64,000 bases of DNA, from positions 17,741 through 81,740 of the forward strand of contig JBKCLM010000070.1 of assembly GCA_046300655.1 (NCBI GenBank), in the 5' to 3' direction. Below, in pieces: positions 48,801 to 55,927 of this stretch. A model generated the notes under the pieces. That model saw only the letters and a program-made list of their open reading frames with translations. It did not search any database and had not been told where the DNA came from. Each line of letters starts with the position of its first letter. Position 1 is the first letter of the stretch. Both the position numbers and the translations under genes were made by a program. This stretch comes from Chloroflexota bacterium (lineage in GTDB: Bacteria > Chloroflexota > Chloroflexia > Chloroflexales > Roseiflexaceae).

Positions 48801-48942
48801 TGTGTGTAAGCAACTTGACATAGCGTCGTGCTAAGGTTTCGGTTTTGCCAGTGCCAGCCCCAGCGATGATGGCGAGTGTGGCGTCCGGCGCGGCGTTTAG
48901 TGCTTGTTGTTGCCCTATATTTGGAATAAATTGCTGCGTCAT
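45889..48942 (-). CDS. addA: AddA/RecB-type helicase-nuclease (UvrD-like motor plus C-terminal PD-(D/E)xK nuclease with Cys cluster)
   Basis: IIAGAGTGKT, IMVDEYQDT, VGDPRQAIYVWR, TVHAAKGLEF, YVALTRAK. Nuclease GVIDRQ...IVDYKTD. Cys pattern QCPKRY...CRHCPARAIC. Start moved to ATG 48942, with AAGGAA upstream. Confidence 0.85.
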   Translation of the reverse strand: MTQQFIPNIGQQQALNAAPDATLAIIAGAGTGKTETLARRYVKLLTHNPALHPRNIVVLTFTEKAATEMRARIMYTVINEQLPFSRIDMAEAHISTFHAFAARLALQRSIALNLNPDEPFCEERERDTIGEACWERFLDHGWQEAIAHLHTLIDQIDWNDEKIFATLNQMIADAKGLGLTSEKLINAIKKTQSVSDKHTLFGQLLAWNFAARAHDLSLRGQLDLDDLIQIVPVIKERFPELFEQVRYIMVDEYQDTSSAQANLLESITPRPHGPAARTVVGDPRQAIYVWRQANVQNIVHMKEQSQVTVNLTENRRSLAPILAVANRSLATYRFNTPVEFDATAQLHPPPGTPSAPDDCVRFWLMGDRNNEADAVASRMRELHTTHGIDYGDMAMLLRQRTHLDIYANAMERAGIPFDRGKSDPFYHRPLILDAIHLLIACYDPANEQSLTRALLSATRTCDEIGLRAIRQQERDTSLWRLLQKSGELHPHIQQFVTTLINAQHLQWQLPPAEWFATTIEQFGLWQRDGAYGQRMLTKLINDCRAMQTGSSHELIRELLERIRHEPDSASPELKTNANAVQIMTVHAAKGLEFMAVFVPDAHAFDVRSDEQMTFQSGVLVDPSSEDSTQRTASLELERQKYNEVVALWYVALTRAKRFLMVSATENSKKRDSLFRKMYDSLNDTPIHGVTTTPVDVTVINEPFPDEPTIANQRPHIQRIASKQIISLSPSGLHELMQCPKRYRFQRRSGLDDLLEVEEQVSTPHWTDAPAGHYTLPSHLDAWQSLAQEPIELPIADDPQAVGKSARAIGSLFHFATEIHAHHPHADAQHLCQLAVQRYGKPVNPDTMHLLISMLTTYLASPLGQHPPRLHEVEQRIRWRIETPRALVEMTGVIDRQWNGMIVDYKTDESMDGIVERHGDQLRLYAQAWMRQQQHASIPAIAVYHARTGTMIPIPNDELLMRQTQQRVATAATHLVEGDYPARPEHHYCRHCPARAICAEGRTLVPPQEIPAFEPFGW

Positions 48943-48955
48943 TATCGTTTCCTTG

Positions 48956-51826
48956 TTATTGTGCATCATCACAGATATGGGTAAATGGGCAATACATACA
49001 TTGTCGTGATGGTTTCGCGGGATACGGTGCATGACGCATTTGGTGCATAATCCTGAGCAGATCCTGCTGAATAACGCCGTGCAAGTCATTGATGGATACG
49101 TTTAGGCCGATGTGTGAGTTCCCCGATTTGACGAATTCCGTGGCTTTGTCAACAACGTATACACTACGGAGCTGACTATTTTTTTCACCTTGCCCCAAGT
49201 AAAATAGCGTGAGCGTGTCAGCTGCAGGCGTGAGTTGCCACCCTGGTTGGTTGAGACCGAGTAAATAAATCGGAATTTGGAAGTTCGAGAGCTCCTTGCC
49301 CTCTTTTTTCATAAAGCCATTGAGCAAATCAGAGTATGCTTTGGGCTTGCCACTCTTGTAGTCAATAATCTCGTAGCGTACATATGACCCCATATGCACC
49401 ATGTCGATGCGGTCGATTCGCCCGACAATGCGCATGCCCTCGATGCGAAAATCAAGTTGGTGTTCGAGCAGGATCGGGCGCCGATTGGGTATTTTGGTGT
49501 AGAGCTCTTGCTCGTACTGCCACCAGCGCTGTAACATGCCGTGGATGCGCAACCAGTTGCTCCGCAGACGTAGACCGGTGTCAAAGCGTTGTTGCCAGGC
49601 TTGTGTTGCGCGGTAGGTGCCACCGCCAGGGAGTGCAACTTCATGGCCGTGCCAAGCGGCGTGCAACGCGCTGTGGAGCCGCTGCGGCATGACGGCCAAT
49701 CGAGCGCGGAACGCCTCAAGCGATTCACTGCGCAAGTCGACGTTCTCAGTTGCACCTGTGCCTAAAACGGCACACAACACCTCGTGAGCCAGTGCGCCCA
49801 TATCGAGACTACGCTCATCGACCTCACTCTCATCATCATGCCCAAGCTGAATCACTTTCTCGTAGTAGTAGCGCCGTGGACAGGCGAGGTATGTGCTGAT
49901 TTGACTTGCCGAGAACGAGTTATTTGTCAACAGCTGAATCGGTTGGACAACCTCACGCATATGTTGGTGCGCCTGTGGCAATGGTAACGTCGGTACACAT
50001 GCAATCGACGGGTGATGCACTTGCACGTGACCGTCACGATCAAATGTCGCGAGCCCATCGAGGAGCTGCGCCAGGTATGGCGTCGCCAGCTGGGATTGAC
50101 CGTTTGCCCCATACTGGGCAAAACTGAGCACGACGTGTTGGGCATGACTAGCAATTAGATTCATAAAGCGGCGTTGCTCGCGGTGTTGCCATGCATTTGG
50201 CTCTGTCAGTGCCGGCTGTGCAGGCCGATAATCGGGGTGGAATACGGCGCATAGTGCTGATTCTGCAATCAACTGGAAGCCTTGCGTTGCCCGTGGGGCG
50301 ACATGCTCGCTTAATCCCATCACAATCACACAATCGTGAGCACTGTGTGCACCGGTCGTTGAGATCGTGAGTGGAATCGTGGTGCGATAGAGTTCACGCA
50401 TGGGCGCTGGTAATGTATCAACGCTGAGCAGTAGTTGATCTCGTTGGTGAACGGTGAGTTGATGCTCCTGCGCTAATTGATCGATCTCGTCGATGCGCTC
50501 CAGCCAGGTGCGAGTCTCGCGGAGCCAGCTATCACGTACATCGACCGGGTGATTTGTGGACTCCCAGGCCCACATAATTGCCCCACTTTGATTGAGTAGT
50601 TGACGAATTTGCGGTGCAAGTGCTGCATCTGGCTGTATCGCACCAAACCAACCATGAATGTGTTGTGTGTGCGGGTGATGCGGATCCGCACTATACTTGC
50701 GGGCGACGTTGGCCGGTACTCCCACAAATGGCAGCATCATGGTTGTCTGGATGAGGCGTTGCTGGTCAACCGGGTCTGGACTCTCGAGCCAGCGCAATGC
50801 AATCCGTGCGAGATTGATAATCGGGTTGATGTAATCAGGTGGTGCAAGGGGCGGTAAGTCAATGCCCTGTTGTACTAACGCGGCACGAACATGCGGCACC
50901 AACGATTCGTCGGCACAGACAATCTGCACGCTCCGCCCTTTTTGTAGGAGTTGGTGACAATGATTCGCGACGGCGTGACACTCATCGACAATGGTGGCAG
51001 CGCCAGCGTGCCAGACCTCTTGATTTGTGAGCCGTGTGCCAATCAACCCAATGGTGATTGGCGCATTCATTGCCGAATCCGTCATGCGCATCACGAGTTG
51101 GCTGCCAGTACTCGTAGGCGCTGCCCATGTGGTCGGTGTCGCGTGCTGTGTCAGCCATGTATGGAGGATCTGTTGCTCAGGTAGGTGTGCAGTACCACTT
51201 ACCCATGCACCGAGCCACATGGCGTAGCGTTGTGCATAACGTGATAGCACGGCGAGTTGGGCAGGTTGGGCGTGTTGGAGCTCACACACCGCGAGGTATT
51301 CATACTCGAGCGGTGGTAGTTCGTGCGCAAGTACATGCAAGGCTACATCGTCGTACCCGATGACATCGTGTTGATTAAGAAGGTTGACGTAATGATTGTA
51401 AATTGCGCCTATTTCGTGCGTTGTATCCAGCTCCACATCGACGTTGTGCCACTGTCGCCGATGACTCGAAATCCAACTCAGGAGTTGGCCAACCTCACGC
51501 ACTGCACCACGATTACTGCCATAGGTATGCCATAATGCGCCATTGGCGCGTTGCCACGCTTGTTGGACTAGCATGGCGCGACTCGTGGCATTTAATACTT
51601 TGCGTGGGCGTTGATATTGTAGTTGACGAATCAAAAATGACTGGAGCGTCATGACGCTGATGTTGGCGTGCTGTCGATCGGTTAGCATCGTCTTGAGCGC
51701 CTGCGCATGCGTTGCATTTGCGCTGATAATTACGGTGCGGCGTCCTTGAGACTTGGCGACCACGAGGCTGATAAAGTCGGGATGAAATAGTGCTTGTGGC
51801 GAATCGTAGCAACATGTTTCAATCAT
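48956..51826 (-). CDS. addB: AddB-type subunit (degenerate helicase-like N-terminus plus C-terminal iron-staple PD-(D/E)xK nuclease)
   Basis: No intact Walker A. C-terminal LACPRRYYYEK, GRIDRID...IIDYKSGK and CMYCPFTHIC. The gene ends 13 nt before addA. Confidence 0.75.
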   Translation of the reverse strand: MIETCCYDSPQALFHPDFISLVVAKSQGRRTVIISANATHAQALKTMLTDRQHANISVMTLQSFLIRQLQYQRPRKVLNATSRAMLVQQAWQRANGALWHTYGSNRGAVREVGQLLSWISSHRRQWHNVDVELDTTHEIGAIYNHYVNLLNQHDVIGYDDVALHVLAHELPPLEYEYLAVCELQHAQPAQLAVLSRYAQRYAMWLGAWVSGTAHLPEQQILHTWLTQHATPTTWAAPTSTGSQLVMRMTDSAMNAPITIGLIGTRLTNQEVWHAGAATIVDECHAVANHCHQLLQKGRSVQIVCADESLVPHVRAALVQQGIDLPPLAPPDYINPIINLARIALRWLESPDPVDQQRLIQTTMMLPFVGVPANVARKYSADPHHPHTQHIHGWFGAIQPDAALAPQIRQLLNQSGAIMWAWESTNHPVDVRDSWLRETRTWLERIDEIDQLAQEHQLTVHQRDQLLLSVDTLPAPMRELYRTTIPLTISTTGAHSAHDCVIVMGLSEHVAPRATQGFQLIAESALCAVFHPDYRPAQPALTEPNAWQHREQRRFMNLIASHAQHVVLSFAQYGANGQSQLATPYLAQLLDGLATFDRDGHVQVHHPSIACVPTLPLPQAHQHMREVVQPIQLLTNNSFSASQISTYLACPRRYYYEKVIQLGHDDESEVDERSLDMGALAHEVLCAVLGTGATENVDLRSESLEAFRARLAVMPQRLHSALHAAWHGHEVALPGGGTYRATQAWQQRFDTGLRLRSNWLRIHGMLQRWWQYEQELYTKIPNRRPILLEHQLDFRIEGMRIVGRIDRIDMVHMGSYVRYEIIDYKSGKPKAYSDLLNGFMKKEGKELSNFQIPIYLLGLNQPGWQLTPAADTLTLFYLGQGEKNSQLRSVYVVDKATEFVKSGNSHIGLNVSINDLHGVIQQDLLRIMHQMRHAPYPAKPSRQCMYCPFTHICDDAQ

Positions 51827-51987
51827 TGGCGGTATACCTTGCTATTTAATACGTAATATTGCAATAATATCATAAAAATGCATATATGTGGGTGTATTTA
51901 TATGAAATTAATGATATAATTCAATACATGCTAACGTAATTACGGCACATATACCGGGAATCAGATTGCGAGATAGGCATAATAAGT

Positions 51988-52009
51988 GTTTTCGTCAAAA
52001 ATGACGAAA
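51988..52009. promoter_or_regulatory. Perfect 22-bp palindrome in the addB / PARG-like-A intergenic region (operator or leader hairpin)
   Basis: TTTTCGTCA-AAAA-TGACGAAAA. It lies downstream of an extended -10 (TG-A-TATAAT; TG at 51912-51913, -10 at 51915-51920) and of TAACGTAAT (51932-51940). Confidence 0.4.
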
Positions 52010-52106
52010 AGCAATCATCAGATGAGTGGTATAACAAATATATCAAAGATTGCGTGAAATGAGCTTCGCGGATTTGGCAGTATTTCAAAGTGAGAGAGGC
52101 CAAGCA

Positions 52107-52934
52107 ATGTTTGTTCCCCCATTACATGTTGCACCATTGAGTGGTGATGCGTTTGATTTACCAGCCAAGGTCATCCATAATCTGGTCAGTTCAACACGAG
52201 CAATAGTTGATCGTGGCTGGTATGTGGCGCCGACGCAACAGACAGTCGTGTTCAAGCCGGCACAAGATGCGGCACGACGCCTGACGACGCGAGTATCGCA
52301 GTTAGCCAAGCCGACGAATCGTCGACGGTATGATGCGACGAGTCTGATGGTGCATAATCATACACCATTAACGGTGGGGCGTGCGTGGTTCCAGCGCGGC
52401 TATCGTGTAGCTGTTGTGAATCCAACGCCATTGCGCTTATGCCATCCAAGTTTAATGAGCAGTATTGCATCACAAAACATGTTGTTGCGATCAGGCGGTT
52501 TGGCTGAGTGTATCATCGACAGTGGTTATTACGAATTAGGGAGTACCAGTGAGCCAATTGTCAGCCCACAACTACCGCTTTTTCGTACCTATGACGGCGA
52601 TTTGCTCGATCAACCATGGGGTTGTGATGTGATTACGTTGGCCAGTGATGCGATTGATGCCGTGACATCGCCGATGCATCATGATTTTGTGCTTGATTGG
52701 TTGCACACGGTCGTGCAAGCGGTGCAACGTGTTGGTGCAAATGTGTTGGTCTTCTCGGTTGGAAACGATGTAGATGCGCCGTTAGTTGTGCGGCTGCTAT
52801 ATGAAGCATTTATGCGGGTCAAATTGCACGCTTTAGCTGCAATCAACATCGTCGTAGCCGATCAAAGTTACAATCAACGCACTTGGACCCCGTTTCAAAA
52901 ACGGTTTGATGGTGTCATGATTAGTAACAGTTAA
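52107..52934 (+). CDS. TIGR02452/DUF2263 (bacterial PARG-like macrodomain) homologue A, strongly degenerate
   Basis: Paralogue of 53926-54795, sharing blocks VAPL/VAPI, RRYDAT, GYRVA and PLFR/PFFRD..GDLL..PW. The GGG...QEE loop is replaced (NPTPLRLCHPSLMSSIASQNML) and the LGAWGCG block has decayed to VLVFSVGND. Start moved to ATG 52107, with GAGAGG upstream. Confidence 0.5.
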   Translation: MFVPPLHVAPLSGDAFDLPAKVIHNLVSSTRAIVDRGWYVAPTQQTVVFKPAQDAARRLTTRVSQLAKPTNRRRYDATSLMVHNHTPLTVGRAWFQRGYRVAVVNPTPLRLCHPSLMSSIASQNMLLRSGGLAECIIDSGYYELGSTSEPIVSPQLPLFRTYDGDLLDQPWGCDVITLASDAIDAVTSPMHHDFVLDWLHTVVQAVQRVGANVLVFSVGNDVDAPLVVRLLYEAFMRVKLHALAAINIVVADQSYNQRTWTPFQKRFDGVMISNS

Positions 52935-53812
52935 TTCGTACGGAGTAGCGTTTCAACGCTCATGGCATGGAGCGCAACAAGCGTTTCGTGGTCGAGTTTA
53001 CCGCCCTCATACCCACCAGCAAGACACGCCACAACAGCCAGCGAATGGGATTCTGCCCATTCGCTGACGTATTGTTCGCGGGCGTGAACAATCTCAGTGG
53101 TAATGCCGTGTAATCCACCGATTCGACAATCTTCGTGGACATCCATCCCTGCATTGTAAATCAACAAATCGCTTGGTTTGATGTGTGATTCGACATGTGC
53201 GAGCAGGTTGTGTAGGGTTGCCATGTACTGATCTGCGCTTGTCACACTGCGGCGTACATGTGGAGCACGGGCGACATAACTGTCATAACCACTCGTATGA
53301 ATGTCAAGGTGGAACAGTCTGTCCCAATCGGCACACATGCTCATTGTGCCACCGCCACAGTGTGCATCAGCATCCACGATGATAACGTTGCGATTAGGAT
53401 AATCTGCCAGGATCTCACCTGCGGCAATGACCAACCCATTCAACGTACAAAAACCTGCTCCTTGTGTTGCGCGTGCATGATGGAACCCGGCACTTAGCGC
53501 ATACGCGCGCCCGTGTAGGCAGGCGTACTGCGCAGCATCACGCATTGCGCCGTTTTGGGCGGCCACCGAACGCCACATCATCTCGTCCCACATAAATCCC
53601 TGTGATTCCGCAATATCAATAGGATCACCAGTGATGATTGCATCTACATAGGTGCCATCGTGGTAACGTGCAGCGATGTCTGGCGTTATGGGAGCTGGTT
53701 GTGTTATCTGCCACCCACGGTTAACTAGGTACGCGGCAATGTCTGCCCCTTTGCGGGTTGTGTCGAATGCGTGTGCCGTTTTGATGGTATCTGGATGATA
53801 AAATACTGCCAT
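52931..53812 (-). CDS. Histone-deacetylase-fold (arginase/deacetylase superfamily) Zn amidohydrolase, about 293 aa
   Basis: SAGFHHA (His-His dyad), GFCTLN, IVDADAHCGGGT, NAGMDVHEDC and LAGGYEGG (catalytic Tyr). Start moved to ATG 53812; the track start is TTG. Its stop overlaps the convergent gene's stop within TTAA. Confidence 0.7.
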   Translation of the reverse strand: MAVFYHPDTIKTAHAFDTTRKGADIAAYLVNRGWQITQPAPITPDIAARYHDGTYVDAIITGDPIDIAESQGFMWDEMMWRSVAAQNGAMRDAAQYACLHGRAYALSAGFHHARATQGAGFCTLNGLVIAAGEILADYPNRNVIIVDADAHCGGGTMSMCADWDRLFHLDIHTSGYDSYVARAPHVRRSVTSADQYMATLHNLLAHVESHIKPSDLLIYNAGMDVHEDCRIGGLHGITTEIVHAREQYVSEWAESHSLAVVACLAGGYEGGKLDHETLVALHAMSVETLLRTN

Positions 53813-53863
53813 TTTTGAAAATCTTTCTAAAAACCACAAATGTGGACATATAAATAATTATAA

Positions 53864-53884
53864 TAACGTATAACGTATAACGTA
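53864..53884. repeat. Three perfect tandem TAACGTA heptamers at overlapping divergent -10 boxes
   Basis: TAACGTA occurs at 53864, 53871 and 53878. The plus-strand TATAAT (53859-53864) abuts the heptamers. The minus-strand TATAAT (53862-53857) overlaps that box. Confidence 0.6.
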
Positions 53885-53925
53885 TGCATGTATTGTATCA
53901 CGATTGTTGATGGCAAGGGAGCGAG

Positions 53926-54795
53926 ATGCCAAGTAATTTAGCACTCACAGTTGCGCCAATCACCCCTGATGAGTTTGTTATAGCACCTGCGGTGATGCGT
54001 AATATTCGTCATGCAACCCAAACAATCTTAGCACGTGGTACCTATACGAATCCAGATGGTGTAGATATATCGATTGATGCATTACAGGCATCTGCACGTA
54101 CCAAGCAGCGGAGATATGATGCAACCCAACCGATTGATGTGACGGGTGGGCGATATGGACACTCCCAACTATACGTGTATAACCAGACGGCGTTGACTAT
54201 TGCCCGGGAGCGTGTTCGTCAAGGATATCGTGTGGCGATGTTACATTTTGTGAATCCTCCGTACCTGCAAAGTGCGAATTCTGTGCGCCCCTCACAAGCA
54301 GATAGTTTGATGTGGTCGTCGAGCTTGGCGTATTGTTTACAGGATGTCGAATGGCAAGGTGTGTCGCCGTTTTATGATGATACGGTGGTCGTGACGCCGC
54401 AGATGCCGTTTTTTCGAGATCATGGTGGTGATTTGTTGTCAGAACCATGGCGAAGTAGCGTAGTGCATGCTGTGGCGATTGATGCACATGCTGTCCGCAC
54501 ACAAATGCCGGAACACACCGCTGAGGTACCGCAGCTGATGGTACAACGCGCAATACGTGTATTACAAGCTGCTGCGACTACACGTGCGAATGTGCTTGTG
54601 CTCGGGGCATGGGGGTGTGGATGTGCCGGGCATGATGCAGCTGTGATGGCTGCCATATGGCACGTAGCAATTGCACAGGCAAAAGTACGGATATTTGGGA
54701 TTATCGATTTTGCGGTGGCTGACATTAAACCATCGCGTCCGACGTTTACATCATTTTATCAACAGCTCCATCAGCAATATATTGCACTCACATAG
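53926..54795 (+). CDS. TIGR02452/DUF2263 (bacterial PARG-like macrodomain) homologue C with altered catalytic loop
   Basis: The block order matches the family from memory: ...RGTY.NPDG, VAMLHFVNP, SQADSLMWSSSLAYCL, PFFRDHGGDLL, VLVLGAWGCGCAGHD, FAVAD. The expected NPGGGF...AQEES loop reads NPPYLQSANSVRPSQADS instead. Confidence 0.65.
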   Translation: MPSNLALTVAPITPDEFVIAPAVMRNIRHATQTILARGTYTNPDGVDISIDALQASARTKQRRYDATQPIDVTGGRYGHSQLYVYNQTALTIARERVRQGYRVAMLHFVNPPYLQSANSVRPSQADSLMWSSSLAYCLQDVEWQGVSPFYDDTVVVTPQMPFFRDHGGDLLSEPWRSSVVHAVAIDAHAVRTQMPEHTAEVPQLMVQRAIRVLQAAATTRANVLVLGAWGCGCAGHDAAVMAAIWHVAIAQAKVRIFGIIDFAVADIKPSRPTFTSFYQQLHQQYIALT

Positions 54796-54871
54796 TGGTA
54801 GAGACGATTCACTCTGGTGTATAGTATAAATGTCTACAAGTAGTGACTTTGTACGTACATAGGCAGTAGTG

Positions 54872-55630
54872 ATGGATAGTCAAAGTGATCTTCGTCATTC
54901 GGTAGATCAACTCCTGCACGTCTTTCAGCAGGGGTATGAACCGTTTGTGATAACTGCAATTCGTAGCATTCATGGCACTAGTTGGCTCGATGTCATCAAG
55001 AATACGCCAGATCTGCGAGTGAATACGCAACAACAGCCGTTGCGTCTTGATGCGACAGCGATTGTGCGCATCATGCTTCATCATTGGGATAGTACCTTCT
55101 CGCGCGTGTTGGTTGCCACCGACCGGAGCATGCTGTCCGAAGTTCGATTGATGCGGAATAAATGGGCGCATCAGGGGAATATAACTGTTGATGATGTCGA
55201 TCGACTCGCCGATAACGTCACGCGCTTACTTGTGTCGATTAATGCGCCAAACGCTCACCAAGCCAAACAACTGCGTGAGGACTGGCGCATGCGTCGGTAT
55301 CGCAAACCGCGTACGGTGCCAGTATGGGCGATTGGTGTAATGGTGGGTGTATTGGTGTTGGGGGTCATTGGTTGGTGGTTTTGGGAGGGCAGTGCTGTAC
55401 CTAATAACGAAAATCGTAGCCAACCAGCGCAGGTGACGCGTACACCGGCTGCAACTGCGAACGACAGCGCATTCCCTTGTCAACCAGGACAAATCAAAGC
55501 AAACCCACGTTCAATGATTTATCATCTGCCAGATGGTGCTTATTATGCAACCACCAAGAACAGCGACGTGCAATGTTTTGAGTCGGTTGAGGCGGTTGAG
55601 GCTGCTGGGTTTCGCAAATCGAAACGCTAG
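54872..55630 (+). CDS. Swt1-like HEPN domain, single TM segment and C-terminal sunset domain
   Basis: LDATAIVRIMLHHWDSTFSRVL...EVRLMRNKWAHQ carries the RxxxxH HEPN motif. TM: VPVWAIGVMVGVLVLGVIGWWFW. C-terminus: CQPGQIKANPRSMIYHLPDGAYYATTKNSDVQCFESVEAVEAAGFRKSKR. GTG 54869 is an alternative start. Confidence 0.65.
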   Translation: MDSQSDLRHSVDQLLHVFQQGYEPFVITAIRSIHGTSWLDVIKNTPDLRVNTQQQPLRLDATAIVRIMLHHWDSTFSRVLVATDRSMLSEVRLMRNKWAHQGNITVDDVDRLADNVTRLLVSINAPNAHQAKQLREDWRMRRYRKPRTVPVWAIGVMVGVLVLGVIGWWFWEGSAVPNNENRSQPAQVTRTPAATANDSAFPCQPGQIKANPRSMIYHLPDGAYYATTKNSDVQCFESVEAVEAAGFRKSKR

Positions 55631-55640
55631 CGTGCATTTA

Positions 55641-55677
55641 GGCCAATCAAACATCATTTAGAGGTGTTTGATTGGCC
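55641..55677. terminator. 13-bp perfect-stem hairpin between the convergent HEPN gene and the small minus-strand gene
   Basis: GGCCAATCAAACA (55641-55653) pairs perfectly with TGTTTGATTGGCC (55665-55677) around an 11-nt loop. The right arm overlaps the last codons of the minus-strand gene. Confidence 0.5.
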
Positions 55678-55927
55678 GGCGGCGACCTTCGTGGCGACCA
55701 TGTTTCATGTAGTGGTCGAACCCTGATGCAAATCGTCCTTGGCGTACATATCCGCGTACATCTTGGTTTTCGGCTAAATAGCGTTGTTCATCAAAATCAG
55801 GTGGTGGTTGAAGCCACGCTGATGGTAATTGTGCCAAGATGTCATCATATTGTGTGACAGGATTGCTTTTGGTTGCAGATATAACACGCAATACGCGCTT
55901 CACGAGTTGAGTGAACTGTGTCAGCAT
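55658..55927 (-). CDS. Small protein (89 aa) carrying one copy of the FDxxxYLxxNxDV...G...HY..(H)G..EGR motif seen in polysaccharide-biosynthesis proteins
   Basis: FDEQRYLAENQDVRGYVRQGRFASGFDHYMKHGRHEGRR. GGAGGG lies 4 nt upstream of ATG 55927; the track start is TTG. Confidence 0.5.
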   Translation of the reverse strand: MLTQFTQLVKRVLRVISATKSNPVTQYDDILAQLPSAWLQPPPDFDEQRYLAENQDVRGYVRQGRFASGFDHYMKHGRHEGRRRPIKHL

